Below, in pieces: positions 13,601-28,600 of a stretch of 64,000 nt of DNA. Below the pieces are notes generated by a model that saw nothing but the letters and a program-made list of their open reading frames with translations, searched no databases and was not told where the DNA came from. Origin of the DNA: Phoronis australis (lineage: Eukaryota > Animalia > Phoronida). The stretch covers positions 1,206,713 to 1,270,712 of the forward strand of contig NMRA01000051.1 of NCBI GenBank assembly GCA_002633005.1, read 5' to 3'. Within the stretch, counting starts at the first letter, position 1. Each line of letters starts with the position of its first letter. A program made the position numbers and the translations under genes.

Positions 13601-16600
13601 CAAGCTTGATTTCACAAACTGGTTAGGTGGTGTCAGATGAGATGTGGATGTATGTAACTGAAGACATTTTCATCAGAGTTCCTTACGTTATACAAAGCAA
13701 TGTTTACAGAAACGTTAAGGAATGTTAATGTCCAGTGAGATTTCCACTTTTAGAATCTATGATAGTTAATGTTCTAACACAGTTACTAAATGTATAATGT
13801 TGGTGTTGCTTTCACATTAAGTTTCATCATGTCAGTGTGTAGGATTGGTATTTGCCTTGCAAAACTACAGGGAGAACCTGATTACTTTATGTCAATAATT
13901 GTATAGCTGTCTGCTCTTATTAGTGCAGTGTTTTTATTTGTGAATTCACAATCAAAAGTATTACAAAAAAACTTTCAGATACCATACTTTGAGCACTATT
14001 CTCCCAATCTCTTGGGTATTGTTTTTAGAATATTCCATTTTTGTATGCGGGGCTATCAAAGATAGAACTTGTATGATTTTCATAAGAAATGTTACATAAA
14101 ACGAAAACAAAATGATAATTTAGAAAGTTCAAGGAGCATTTTGAGATTTCATCTTGAACATTTATTTCAAATTTCATTTGATCATGTTATTGATACTGTT
14201 GATTTGTTATCAGGTTACATCTCTCTTGCTAAATTTTACTAAAAAGACTTGTCACATGATTTGATTAATGGCAGATTGGTAAAAAGTAAAAATCAAATTT
14301 TACAGGCTTTCTACTTTTCAGAATTATATATTTTTTGCTTGTTTAAAATCTGTTATTTTGTAGATATGTGGCTTGTCACTAAGGTCCTACATAACTCAAT
14401 AAGAGTGCAATGATAAAATTGTTACTGCATGCTGATTCTCTTGTCTTACGTGTAACTCAGAATTTGAAAGTCTTCGTTTGTCGTCCGATTCCAACGAGTC
14501 TCCTTCCCCGCGTCACGATGGTTTGGCAAAAAGAAGAAACTCTAAATCTAAGTCGACCTCTAGTCGCAGATCGTCGGTCACAGAGGAATTAGTTGGCCCC
14601 ATCCCATCAAGGTAAGCGTGTAACGGATTTTATTTTGTAACATTTAAGTATTTTATTCATTTGTTTGAAATTTACGAAGCACTTTGTAGTTTTAGATTGT
14701 GTCGTCTAACATTTAAAGTTATATTTAGTGCAGATTTAGCAGTGGAAAATGTGAGAAATAAGATAAAACAAGATCAAGTAAGAATTATTAGTCATAATGC
14801 TTGCCATATGTTGGTTACTGTCACCACAGAATTATATATATTTATATGCACCCCCAAATTTGAGTAAGATGCCTTCTAAAACCACCAATTACATGCCAGA
14901 ATCACCAAAAATGACCCCACCAGTCAATCAAGTCACTCAATTAGAAAACCTGCAAACACTATGTAATGATAGGTTAATTAGTTGAATGCTAGTTACAAGC
15001 ATTTATTGGTTGATACAATTTAGAATTGGTACAACCAATCATAGCACTAATCATTTTCCATTGTGTTCATTGGGAAAAGTTGTCAGATATTGCTGCTCAT
15101 TTTTCCGTGTTTCATCGTATATTAAAGACTGGTAGAGAGTTGTGCTTGTGGTGGTTGTGACAACTCGGTATTTGAGCATGCTGCGGCTCATTTCACTTGC
15201 CTCGTGGGACATCAGTGAAGCGCAAAGCTGGCACAAGTTTGTACAAAAAAGCTTTTGTGTTCGTGGACATGACTTACTTAAGTATAGGTCATGTGATGTG
15301 ACCAACATGTAGCATGTATTAGCACTAATAATTCTTACTTGTGTTATATATGATTTTCCAACTTAGCTCAGTATGAAGAATGCTTTTTGTTGTCGTTTGA
15401 ATGTACGTACACCCTAATCACAAACAACATCATCAACAAAATCCTTTTTAACCCGAAAACGTGTTCTTCAAGCTCAATATAACTTTAACTCAATATGCAT
15501 GTTTTTGTTATTCTGCACTTGTAATTTCTGTGAATGTTTGTATTTGATACTTCACTTACATTAGTTTGACCATATTCTATTTTTGTTAGTTTGGCTCTTA
15601 TCGCCTTCTGTTTATGTTACCTCTAGATTCCAGTTTATAGTAAAATGGCTTGTCTCAAACAATGAAACATCCATTAATGTCTTCTAGATTGAAAAAGACA
15701 ACTAGCTCTGTTAATATATTTTGGAGAAGGTTTGTATATATATGTGTCGTATCGTTTCTGCTCCGGGCTTAGTTGGCTAGTGTTCCTTGCCTTGCATGCA
15801 GACGTCAATCCATCATTTGGTGTCGAGGTGTTATTTGTAACAGTTCGGTGTGGAAGTTTTCCAAAACTAAACACGGCCTTGGGTTCTTAATATGAATATT
15901 CACGTGGTTGGGAATAGCCATTGAGCAATAAGGTTCTCAAAACATTCTCTTATATTTATCACTGATTTTCCTTGAGCATGCTAAAATAATTTTTTTACAT
16001 GGTTATTAATTTAGGTATACTTTGTGGAACTAAGATTTCTATTTGTTAAAACACAATAAACCTGGGCTGCGTCAAAAAAAAAACTATAAAGTTGGTCTCA
16101 ATGTGTTCCTTTCTCAGATGGAAAATGGTTTTTCGTCTTGCAAAGAACTCACATTTTTATTCGTCAAGGTCTTGCTTGGCGAATAAAATGACACGTAGTA
16201 ACAAGCCATCTTGAATAACCTGATCTTGAGCTATAATGAACTATCAGTTCTTTTCAAGGCTGGAAATCCCTAAGGAACAATTTGAGACCAATTTCGTGAT
16301 GGTAAGTGGTCTAAAAACTGTGACGGAAGGGGGTCGATAGCCAGTGTAATGATTACATAATAACTTAAAATAAAATCAGTCGAGTAATTACTTGTTGTTT
16401 AGCCTGACACTAAGTAAGTGTTCTCTGTAATTTTCTGATTAAGGTCTTGGAGTGCCCATTGTACCTCAGTTTGGCATATTATTGCCACTTGTGACATCGT
16501 TTTTCATATTGGGGAATCACGTGAGTGCGTTTGTAACCTCCTGAGGGTTTTCGGAAACCCACAGCCGCTTTATCAACACTTCTTTGGAAATTCACAGTAC

Positions 16601-19600
16601 GGTAAAAGCTCACTAATTTAGGACACTAGGGAAAATATATTTCATCATTTTTTCACTAAAGCATACACAGCACCAATTTTCAAGTTATGCACCAAAACCA
16701 TCATTTGACATTGTTTTGAAAAACTGTGGTTATTCACAATCATGTTAGAAACTTTTGAAAATTGAAAAAGGGGCATTATTTGCAATCATGTTTCTATGAA
16801 ATTGGTGACATTTTCTTGTTCTGTTATGGCTTGGTCCTTGGTATCGTCTATGTGCCATGTTGTTTCTGGGTGACACCTAGTGTCCTGCTGTCCTCCCCGA
16901 CTGCTTACGAGTCTATGTACTATTCTCTCGTATCTCACTTGTTCATTTTCTCTGCACATGTGCAGTATTGGAAATTGCGCACTCTAAGACATGAAGTTAT
17001 GCATGGTTAAGCGTCTGAGTTATTGCATTATAATCACCTTACTGATCAACCATGCCATCTCTTTTTATCAAGCGTTTGATCGGGATGCGATTAAGTAATG
17101 GCTATAGCTTGCTATAAAAGATGCTATTTATATCAAAACATGACTGCTAACTTAAGCTGGACTGTTAATGAAGGCCTCTGATGTTGTGGTTTCCAGAAAC
17201 AGGTTAATGAAATTCTGTCTCATTAGTCTGGTTCTTTCCTGTCCATGAAACAAACAAACCCTAGCAATCAAAAGTACCACCCATTGGGTGGATAAGGAAT
17301 TCTGAAGTGGTTTCAGACTCATTGGTATTCCACTGTAAAAGCTGTCACAGAACTTACTGTACTTATCTGGGATACCGTCCAGGGCTCTTAAATCGTGGAA
17401 CTAAAAAATTAGGGTGGGCAATAAGCCGATCATGGGCGCTTAAAGCGGCATGAATAAAGTAACTTTTTATTTAGACCACTTACCACAGAATTGGCCTCAA
17501 CTTGTTTCTTACTCAGATAAGAAATGGCTTTTGGTCTTGCTGGCAGTTAATACTTAAAACCATGCTTACCAAATAACCTGACATGTCATGGTAGTCAGTT
17601 GGATCTCTAGCAATGACGAATTATCAGTTCTTTCCATAAATCACATCTATTTTGACTAAGGAACAAACTGAGACCAATTTCATAGTGGTAAATGCTAAAT
17701 CATTCAATGTCAGACAGAAGGTCGCATATTTTTTTTTTTCGAGTAGTCCGGGAGGGCACCTTCAGAAACAGTTATTTCGGATAGTGCCCAAGGGCCTACT
17801 TTGAAGTCAGACTTCGTGTGTACAAGAGTCAAATACAACATTGGCAGAATGTAGATAATGTAGTAAGGGGCTTATCATCTCAAACATAGTGGTCGCTCAG
17901 TGTAATTCAGTAGAGTGACCTTTATTTTTGCGCTTCGTATCTTTAAATTTTTCGCTGCAAACATTGCATAATGAATGAGCCTAGCACTGCTCAAGTGATT
18001 GCTTTTATTGTTCTTTGCTCACAAGTACGATCAATGAGATGAATCATATAGCTCATTGAGCTTTATAGTATTAGAGTGTGCATGAGCCTGAAGAACCATT
18101 TTGCGTCTCCTCTAGTTAAGAGCAGGGGAGTCCGGGTATTTTCCCGCCCAAGTAAGGCAATGTTTCACTGAACCTGACTGATTGTTATGTAAAATAAGGG
18201 AGTTGTGTACGTTTTGGGAGCTAAAATTCTGACGTGAATTGAAGCAGAGCATGGACGCTTAAAAGTGAAAATTTGGACATTTCTGGAGGGGGCTTTAACT
18301 AGATGAGTACGGTAGTGACACCTAGTTGATGATTCATCTGCACTCATTCCAGGTCTCCATTGCACACTCCAGCTAACTATCACGATAAACGCCTGCAATA
18401 CTTAGAAAAACTGAAGAAAGCTGGGGCTCTCGGACCCATAGATAAAAACTCTGGGTTAGTTTGCATTGCATTTTGCATATAGCTCTGACATGTAGTTTTG
18501 CGTTGTGTCTCTGTTGTTAAATTTCGTGAGTTCAGTTTTTTTTAACCCTTGCCACACATCCCTTACTATTTGTTGTTTTCTTCTCCGTCTCTATTCTGAT
18601 GTATTAAATTTCAAGTTAACATTCATTTAGTTTTGGAATATAGTTTTAATAGTCTTAGATACACGTTTTTAATTTCTAGTAATTAGAATTAATTAGTTTC
18701 GTTATAATTAACCTCACGAGTATAAACATTAATATGGAAACAGTTATATCTGTAACACGTACGTGTGTGCATTTAGCGTCAATGGTATTAGAACTCATTT
18801 AACTACAGCAATTAGTCATGTCGGAATTGTGGCACAATGTACACTGCAGTCACTCGTGCTTACAGCAAGCATAAACTTCCAAAGAAGACAAGAGGTGCCG
18901 ACGTCTACCCTGAGCCGCCTCCCCCTGATATAATTGACGTCAAAATAAAGGAGGAGCGTAAAGCTGCCAAACGCAGGGAGATGTTGGAAAAACAAGATGC
19001 CATACTTCAGCGAAGAAGGTAACCCCATTGAAGCCAGCCATTTTGGTCTCATCCAGAGATTTTTGTTAAAGTAGCGTGGTTCGTAAGATTTACTGCAGCT
19101 GTTAAATTTTCTTGCTTATACAGCTGGGTGATTATGTAAGTGATTGACACGTAACAACTTTTATGGAAGAGACTAGTAAGAACAGAAAGCAGTCAAACTG
19201 CGTTACTTCGAACCCTACCATGTTCCATGTAAAGCATTTTGTTGTAACCGAAATTCTCTGTTACTGAATCAAATTCTAGGCTGTACATTTAGCTTGATAC
19301 TTGTGGAGTGGATGTTTGTAAGCGAGCTAGCTCAATAAATCAGGTTCGTTGTAATGCAGTTCAGCATTGTGTCGGAACAACAGAGAACACAAGTTTGTCT
19401 TGGAACATGTAGCTTCATTTTGATGACACACGTTCTCGAACCGCTTCACGCTTTCATACTCTGAACTTGGCAACATGAGGTCGGGTCGCTGGATTCTTTG
19501 TAAACTCTTGCACAAGGAATTTTAGGTTTGTTTTTACTCGAGTCTTGTTTTTAGGGATGATGAAACCTTGAAAGAATTTCGAGACGAGACCAAACGCCAA

Positions 19601-22600
19601 CAGCAGAAGAAGTTTATGGAGAGCTTGCGAGCAGGAAAAACTGGTACGTTCTTGGATATGGTTATAGTAATGAGTGTATGGCACTGTTCAATGATGTCAA
19701 TGAGTTGGGGTTTTACTCAGTACTGTCTGCAAGCAGTTCTGTCTCATCACAGTGAATAGTTTCAATTTTGCCCTGACGAGTTTGGCTTACAAAACTTTTT
19801 AAGCTTTATAAGCAAATTTGGATATTTTGGACTTTTGGCATGAGTTCAATGTTTTGATTTGAGGTCTCAACTTATTAACCTCCCACAGTAGGGACTTGGA
19901 TTTTTGAAAATGGACTTTTGAACATGTTATGCTTGAAATTTGTGATTACCATCTGAATTTTCTGATGATGTGAAGAACACTGTTTTCATTTGATTCATGG
20001 TCATTTCCTTTGTCAATTCAAATTGATATCACTTATGAAAGATATACTATTTATTTGCAGTATTCTCGCTAATACCTAGAAACCTACTTGTTTCTTCACT
20101 AATAAAATAATTTCATAAGGTTGGTAGAGAACACATTGATTAATTCACATTTACACAACCAAGCAAAACGCTGTACCTTGACAGTTTCGGCTACTCACAG
20201 CAGCCATCTTCGGAAGCTATTGGACAATAGGTGGCGTGGTGATGAGACTGTTTCTAATTTTAGATTGAAAAAATGTGGCTTAGAGGCCAAAACAGCCACC
20301 CATTCATTGACAAAAGGCTGCTTTAAGTGGTCCAAAACGAATGGCCATTTCTTGACGAAAGTTTGTATTTGGAACATGCAAATCTTCAGCCCTACGATGT
20401 CGCAGAGTAAGTGAAATCTGTTTTACTCTACCTCTGCTGTGACTATGAAGTATCAAAAAAAATTCTTTTTTGTAATGAAAGATTACAAAGGAGAGTTTTT
20501 TAAGATTGGTACTGATTCTAAAGCCCTTTTCCTATTTTTAAATAATTATTAGATGTTTTTACCCAATTTTCAGATTATACCGAGCCTCTAGAATATGCGC
20601 CTTTTGGAATAGACCAGGAATACAAAAGAATACCTACAAATGAGGAGAGGATAAAGGTAGAGTTTCATGTGGATATGACTGTGGTGGTATCATTGTGACT
20701 CATTATTTGTTCCTCTGATCCATATTGGAAAGTAAAGAATGAAAATTGGACTTTTTGCTTGAAGAAAACATTGAAGTATACCAGTGCTCGCGAAGTTATG
20801 TTTAAAGTTTGTAGTCGATTGGCAGCGGAACTCTCTATGATTATAGCCAGGATAGTAAGTAAGAATGTCCCCAATGCTTTACTACAGTTGTAGTGGACTG
20901 CTTGCATGTTTCCAACCTTAACAGAAAAAGAAAACAAAATCACTCTGTTGTGGTGTTACCTTGCATGAGGTCTATAGCCCTGTACATAGGAAACGAGCAT
21001 ATGACGACTTACAAACCTCAGAATACCCGCTGTTCAGTAGCTCATCATGACGCCAAAGAAAGTGGGACAAAAATCCGCTGCACTTCTTTATCTCGCAAAA
21101 GGTCTTGAAAAGGTCATTGTCTGTCTAGGAATGACACTTGAAAGAATCACGGCTGCCTTTCAGGTGTTTTATTGACTTCAAGTACCAGGGGTGTATCTAA
21201 ATTTTACCTTCTATTACCCAAAATGCAAAAATTCTTAAGCAGCCACTGAATTGTTTTTTTCCACCCAAGGAAGTATGTGGGATGCCGTTTTCGTCCTTCA
21301 CAATCTGCTCAGGCATTTTGGAGGAGGGTTTTTCCTTAATCGATAAGTATTACAATTGTTACATTTCTTGTTTAAGAGAATAGAATATTGTATTCGTGAG
21401 AAAAGGACTGGTTTGTGAGTGGAGGAAACTTGGTTATAGAAAGAGAATTGTGGCGTTAGAGCAAAAATACGGTTCAAGAGAAAAGAATTGTGTGCATGAG
21501 AATTGGATGTTCTTGGTGATAGAGATGTGGAAGAGCAACTTTGCTATTGTCTTGCAACTGTTGCGTAAACAGCAAGCCCAACGTGTTTTGAATGGTTGTT
21601 GATATTTGGTTTACATTTTGAATGGCAGTTGATATCTGGTTTACATTTTGAATAGCTGTTGATATCTGGTTTACATAAATGAATTGCTGTTGATATCTGG
21701 TTTACATTTTGAATAGCTGTTGATATCTGGTTTACATTTTGAATAGCTGTTGATATGTGGTTTACATTTTGAATAGCTGTTGATATCTGGTTTACATTTT
21801 GAATTGCTGTTGATATCTGGTTTACATTTTGAATAGCTGTTGATATATGGTTTACATTTTGAATAGCTGTTGATATCTGACAGGTTTTTATTTTGAATAG
21901 CTGTTGATATGTGGTTTACATTTTGATTTCAGCTTGACATAAAGAGTACTCATGAGAGGGTTCGCCAAGTTCTGTCTCCAAGAGCCCAGCAGCAGTTGGA
22001 AGCTGAGAGGTAGGTTATGGTTGATTATTCATTTACTTGGTAGTACGATGAGAGTCTCTTACAGGGGTTCCGCATTTTGAGAACCAGTTTTTACCACTGA
22101 ATAACAGGCATCAAACTCGTTCTCAAAATCCGAGACCCCTATAAGAGGCTATTACAACTTAACAAAGTTTGATTAACAAGAACAATAAGTAGACAACTCT
22201 GTCATGCGTTTACAAATTTTTGCATACAAGTGGGTTGTTGGCACATTACTCTGACTCATTCTTTTCCTTGTGGTGTCAGCTCACAGGGGTGCCACTGTAA
22301 ATTTTAAATTCAGATTCAGCGTGATACTCAGCAATCCTCTTGCTGGGGATGCATTCCACAGTGCAGGTTCTTGTATGTTGGGCAAGATCTCTTGTAGAAA
22401 CCACTCAAAATCATGCTGGGTGAAAAGAGCATGTTACCAGCAAAATGGGTTCACGTACTAAAATCATTGGTCTTCAAAACTTACATGGTGCAGCCCAGGT
22501 TGTGCCCTGCCTCCCATGGCAAGTTCATTAAACCAGACTTGCGTGCTAGTGGCTCTTGGGCCTGGTTTTGGAAACCTCTTAATATGGGCCTGGCCTGTAA

Positions 22601-25600
22601 GCTACTTTTAGAATAGAGCTATTGAACGTTATAATGTTAATAAATTTGTTATCTGTTGTAATTTACACATACTCGTGAAAATATTAAAAAGTATAAATTA
22701 ATTGTAAATTTTACGGACTGTACTCCAAGTGTGGACAATGTAAACATGTGTTGTGATTGACTGAATATTTGTGTTGTCTAGCATGTGACTATCTTATCAC
22801 ATGATCCCGATTAGCATGTGTGCAAACCAAAAATAAAGTTATTGAATATTTCGTTGCTTTTTTTCCATTTTTTCCCATTTCTTAGCGTGTATGATGAAAA
22901 AGTGACACTTTCCAAACGAAGTCCTGAAGTTTCACTTGTATAAATGCATGGTCGAAAAACAAATTCTGATTTGCTTACTATTAAATTGCCAGGTAAAATA
23001 GTATAAAGTAAAAAGACGAACGTCAGTTTTAAAAACCAACATTCGACTTTTTTACTATTTTATCGGATTTTTTAACCATTGTTAATGGAACAGCATTTTA
23101 ACCCTTATTTTAATTGATAACTATTAAAATGCAGTTGAGTAAATCGAAAACAAAAATTTGTAGTTTTTTATGCAAGAATGCAGTCTGTCGAGACTGGAAT
23201 GTAATTTAAAAGTGAAAATAAAATATGAAATACCCCTTTGAAGTATGAATTAAAAAATGAATTTAAGTCACTGGATTCTGATCATATACAGCTCTTGTTC
23301 AGTTGAGTATAGAGACGATGGAAACTACACAGTCTGAAGAGGCATTACCCGATTTCCATTTCGTCTCCTTTTTATCCCCTAGTTTCATTTATGCAGGCTC
23401 TGTTTGTAGATTCCACCGTCTCTATACTCACCTGGCTAGCGATTTTGTTTCTAGTTATATTCCATATTGGAGAATAAACTTAAAATGCATTATATTCCAT
23501 TTTTGTCATTTTTGTGCAACAAGCGCGGGTGGAAATTTAATGCAGAGGCTTGCCGCCAATCTGACATTCCTATCGGCTCACAAAGTTGTAGTGATTCTTC
23601 TGTTACAGATATATGAAAGAGAAAGAACTGGAAAGCAAGATTAAAACCCATTCTATGCAAATGAAGGAACGTCGTAAGAAACCGAAGGGCACGCCACAGC
23701 AGGAAATGAATGCAGCCAAAAAAGAATTGGAGATGGTAGGCCCTACAGTGGCTAGTCGCTTATTTTCATTTCCCTTCACTGTCAACTTTTTGTTTAGTTT
23801 TATTTCAGGTTCACGCTTATTGCTGGGTCGTGCAAATTCAGAAACCTTCCCCTTTCCCTTTTTTCTTCCCAGCACAGTTTTGGTACTTTCCTTAACTTCT
23901 GTCTTTGCTTTACATTATACATGCTTCTTTTTATTTTTAAGTAGGCTTCACAATGTAATGTAATACAATGTATTTTGGTGGACCTCCTGTGGTGTCCACT
24001 CCATATTATTAAACAGTCTTCTGTATAATGTTACTACCATAGTTGGTTCTTGAGGTTCATCTATTTTAATTTCTCAGTTAAATGAAAGTTAATTTCACTT
24101 AACTGTACTTAGGGACTATTTAACAATTATGTTACCAATTAAATTGAATAGTTTTTGCAATACTGATTTTTTATTATCTTGTGGTTGATAAAATAAGTTG
24201 ATGGCTATGTGTTGATGATTGTGAGGTTTCTTTTGGTGTCTTGACATGCTATATTAATATTGTACTTAGCATTCACCTCGTCTTTGCATTGCTAATCGTT
24301 GACAATTTTTTCATCTGTAATTTTGAACACAGCATTTTATTGATACAGTATTTATTATAGAAATTCCAGAACAAAAGAGGATGACATTCTTTCTTGGTCT
24401 TGTGTTGAAAATTTTGTAACTTAAGATGAATGTGTCACAATTTTACAACTGTTTAAATTTGTACTGAGGTATACTGTTTTTCTAGTCTTCCAAGTCATGT
24501 GTGCCCTCTGAGGTATTTCTGTGTCTAAATCGTCAGCAAGAGTATATTGTTGGCCTACCTTCATTAGGAACAAATGTTTTTTGTTACCGTATCTCCATGC
24601 CTTAATATCTTGTTAGTTTTCAGCCAGTTGAAACACAAAATGCTGGAGTCCAGGTACAAAGTGTAACTTACTGATTTACTTGTCAACAGGTGAAAAATCT
24701 GCAGGGTGAATTGATGAAACGGTATTACGATTTGAAGAGCTGGTCCCAAGACCTATATACAGGTGCCTAGACTTGATTATGCGAACCACTAACCCTCGCT
24801 TAAGGACATTTCTGTTCTTATCGTTGCCCTCAATCCGTGCCCTAGCATTTGCAAGCCACCTAATCTCATATGGCGTGATTTTTTAAATGTTCCGATAATG
24901 TTGTGGGCCTTTGTTATGTATTTAACTAAACTGGTGTTCGTAACCATACCTCCTGAAGCTTCTGAATTTGTGCATGTTTTAACTGTGCCAATAACAAGAT
25001 GATGCTGACAAATGTTGTCGAAATTGTTCTTTGGCCTCATTAATTTTACTGTTACTTTTAAAAGCCTTGGCCTTTTGTACCTCAATCACGTCGTCATCTC
25101 CAAGTTACATTTTTTTCTTGAAAATCAGAGCACACGCTATTGTTGTGTACTACTGTTTTGTGATTTCTTGCCTCAACGCAAACTTTAAGCCTGGTGTGGT
25201 TCTCCAGTTTTTAGTGGTAGAAATTACCGGCTGTAGTGACTCTTAAATTTAAAATCACATGGTTACATACTCAAACTCGCCGTTGATGGCGCATTTTGTT
25301 CATTAAAATTCTCAAAATCCATGATGTGAATATGCCTTTTTGCTGGATATTTCTTCACTTCTTTTGCAATCATGACACCTTGTTGATTTATTCAACAGAC
25401 AACATTACTTGCTTATTTTAATATTCTATCGAGTTTCAAACAGAGTTTGATCTGGAACTGAGAGACGTTCAAGCACTTTTACACTTGGAACAAAAATGCT
25501 ATCTTGTCTTGGTCAGCACACATTTTGACTGGCTTGTGTTGTCAAAAAGAATACAGAAGACAATGTTTATGTGCTCCATCACCAGACTATGTGACCAATT

Positions 25601-28600
25601 GATTTCTAGTCATCCATTCGTAAGGATACGGTGTGAGGAAAGTAACTCGAAGATATGAGTGAACAGAGCGAACGCTGTGTTAAATACGTCATTGATCTAA
25701 GGTGCTATAAACCCGTTGTCTGTCAAAAATGACTTTTAGTTGAGGCCACTTTCTGTTGTAATACTGGTTTCGACTTGTTTGTTACTCGAATTTGAAGTCA
25801 TTTTCCTGATTGGGTGCATAAAATGACCAGCTGGGTTGCACCAACTTATCAAGATTTTTTTCTGCAGCAATAACTAAATGTCTTTCTCAAGTACAGAAAT
25901 CACTGCTAATCTGAGGAAAGAACAAGTTCAGATAAGATAGTGGTCCAACTCGAATGGTAGATTTTTGATGGAACATAGCTTCCTGGCAGCTTAAACTTTT
26001 TGGTCGTATGAAACTTATTAGCTGAGAATTTGATGAGTACATTTCAAGTATGTAAATTACTACCAACTTCCAACTTAAATCTTAAAATATTTGACATCTG
26101 TTCTTTCTTTCTGGAAATAGTTCATAACAAATCCAGGTAAACACTTTATAGTTCTTGTATCTGTGTACATCTAGATGGAAACTTGATTAATTTTCTTTTC
26201 GGACGTGTTTGTACCAGAAAAATCTTGAAAATTTCTGCATGAAAATTTTGTATTTTCTTGTAAAGGGGCGGAAATGGTCTCTTCCATGCATTGCTTTTTT
26301 TCAACGGAGTTTTTCAAACTTCTGTCACTCTTGTGACCATCTTTTTCAATGTGCCTGACTAAATGATTGTTGTATCAAGAGTGTTTCTTTTAGATATCTC
26401 TTATTCAGTGTGTGCTTAAGGCTGAGGAACATGCAGTGGTTGCTTTGTTATATTATTCAGTGAATATTCATCATTTGTCTGACTAGGGCACATTCCACGG
26501 TTAGCTTGTTTGTAAAGACAGTTTTCTTTATGCTTTTCTGTTGAACAAGTGATAAGGCATGAGTCACACAGAGTTGTTGACATTTTGAGTTGTAAGTCTT
26601 TGAGATTGTATTACCCAAGTCTGCGACTGAAAAAGTGACCTGGGTTAGTTGTCCTTTGTCAGTACAAGCTAAAAAAGCTATTGTGGCTTTTTGATTTCCA
26701 TTTCTTCATTTTGCCTGTCCCACATAGTCTTGTGTTGTCACAGTATTAACGCAAGATTGTCATCAAAACATGAGTTCTGACCAGTCTTGTGTCTTCTTTA
26801 ATAACCAAAGAGGACTGGGGAGCTGCTGCTGGTGTCCTGAGCAATGTTAGATAAGGGCATCAGACTCTCTCCAGAGTTTGCAATATTCCAGGTGTGGGAA
26901 AGTGAGAACTTGACTGCTGGCAAAAGACTTTAAGTTGTAGCCAGATATCACCTTGATCTTTTGAAGAGCCTTGATGCTCATGCGTGCAGAGGTGTATGTA
27001 TACTGAAAAGTTTGTTTTAGCGACACGGGGGGGGGGGGGNNNNACTACAGCTCAAATTGTTACGAAACTTGGTGCCATTAATACTTTGAAGAGGCATGTG
27101 CATTGGGTCAAGTTATTCTGTGGCTCATTTGCATGAGAACTAGCCAATCACAGCACTATTTTACCAGCGGTGAATACTCACTGGCCAAGTCGGATTCACT
27201 TTCCTGTTGTAAATGAATATTCACTGAATTGATATAGCATACCAACATTAATTTACAGATTATGATCTTCATATACAAGGTTTTGCGTTATGATTAATGT
27301 AACAGGTTTTTCTTTTCAACTGTAGGCTCGCCTAGGTCTAAACCTCAGCCCATTGCTTCATTTCCCAAACGACTGTTCTAAGTAACTGGTTCGTTGTAAG
27401 TTCAGTGTTTGACATTGCACTGCGCCTGTGGAGTCACTCAGACGTCACCAACTCGAACACACTGTAACAGCTTCACCTAGCTTAGAGGCACATTATGAAC
27501 TAAGGTTTCCATTGGGGCACCTCAGACGTGAGATGAACACGTCTTGAACACTGTAATCTTAATGGATTATTGCAGTTGTGGCTTGTTCACACTGACCCCA
27601 GTTCTTATTGCTATAGGCAACTGGGTTAATGCTCTTGCTCAAATGAATTTTTAGCAATTTCATTTTCAATCATTGTGTTGTATATAGCTTTTCACTCAGC
27701 CCTGAATTTTTATACTTTTCAGTTTTAGCACTTGGCATTAACCCGGACTTGTACAGTCTTTACTATGGTTACTGAATTGCTAATTAAACGATTGTTTTGT
27801 AAAGTTTATTTTATGCTACTGCAATTACAACCATAACGTTGGGTAAATGTAATTAGAAGTCTTGTAAGTAATGTCCATGAGTTCTGAACGAATGGTGAAT
27901 TTTTAGAAACTACGCTTGACTGTTTATTTTCTTTTACTGCACACCTGTGTACCATTCATTACAAAGTGTACTATTAAGCACTAATACCTTCGTCACAACT
28001 ACACTAAGAAAATCTGAGTGATAGCCTTTTGTCTTCATTTGTGATGTTTGCATGCTGTGGTCTGTGCACTTTCTTTGTATGTGGTCGTGTCTTCTATCTA
28101 CTGTGTGTTGCTAACCAATAACCCAACCACGAGACATCAATGTATTGGTCAGAACATGCTGGGTGTTGTTACCAGGGCTCCGCTTCATGAAAGTGACTAA
28201 GATTTAAGGCGGAAATTTGGTCTTACACTCTCACCTCACAATTATTGCTGAAAAGGGGTAATTACAAGCGCATCACAGTCGGGAAATAATTTGTCAAAAT
28301 TATCTTGGTATCTAGAAAGTTATTTGTATATTCTCAGAGACTTTGCACTTTTGCTCGTGTGAGATTTAACTATTATTCTGAAATAGTTGTGTGACCAATA
28401 AGTCACTTTCATGAAACAGATCCTGGCAGTTGTTGAAGATGTGTTAGTCATCCATTGTATTAACTTCATAATTCTGTTTTCCCAACTGATCTTGTCATCC
28501 CAACAGAAAGATTTTTTGACACTTTTTATTAATATGCCTTTGTTAATATTTGGTCCTAGTCACCAGTCTTTATCGGAGAGTACTCAAAATGCCATCAATC

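Noticed and set aside
16444-16520. Extra LRRC27 exon (aag|...|gtgagt)
   Set aside because: It changes phase, needs a different downstream acceptor, and encodes a peptide unlike its neighbours; unsupported without RNA data.
21586-21926. CRISPR-like appearance of the 30-bp repeats (also the 53-bp array at 3181)
   Set aside because: The units are contiguous with no unique spacers, lie in spliceosomal introns, and there are no cas genes.
24780-25290. Possible THAP-like relic on the minus strand (NNSVCSDF)
   Set aside because: Only one weak motif amid stops; not enough to call.
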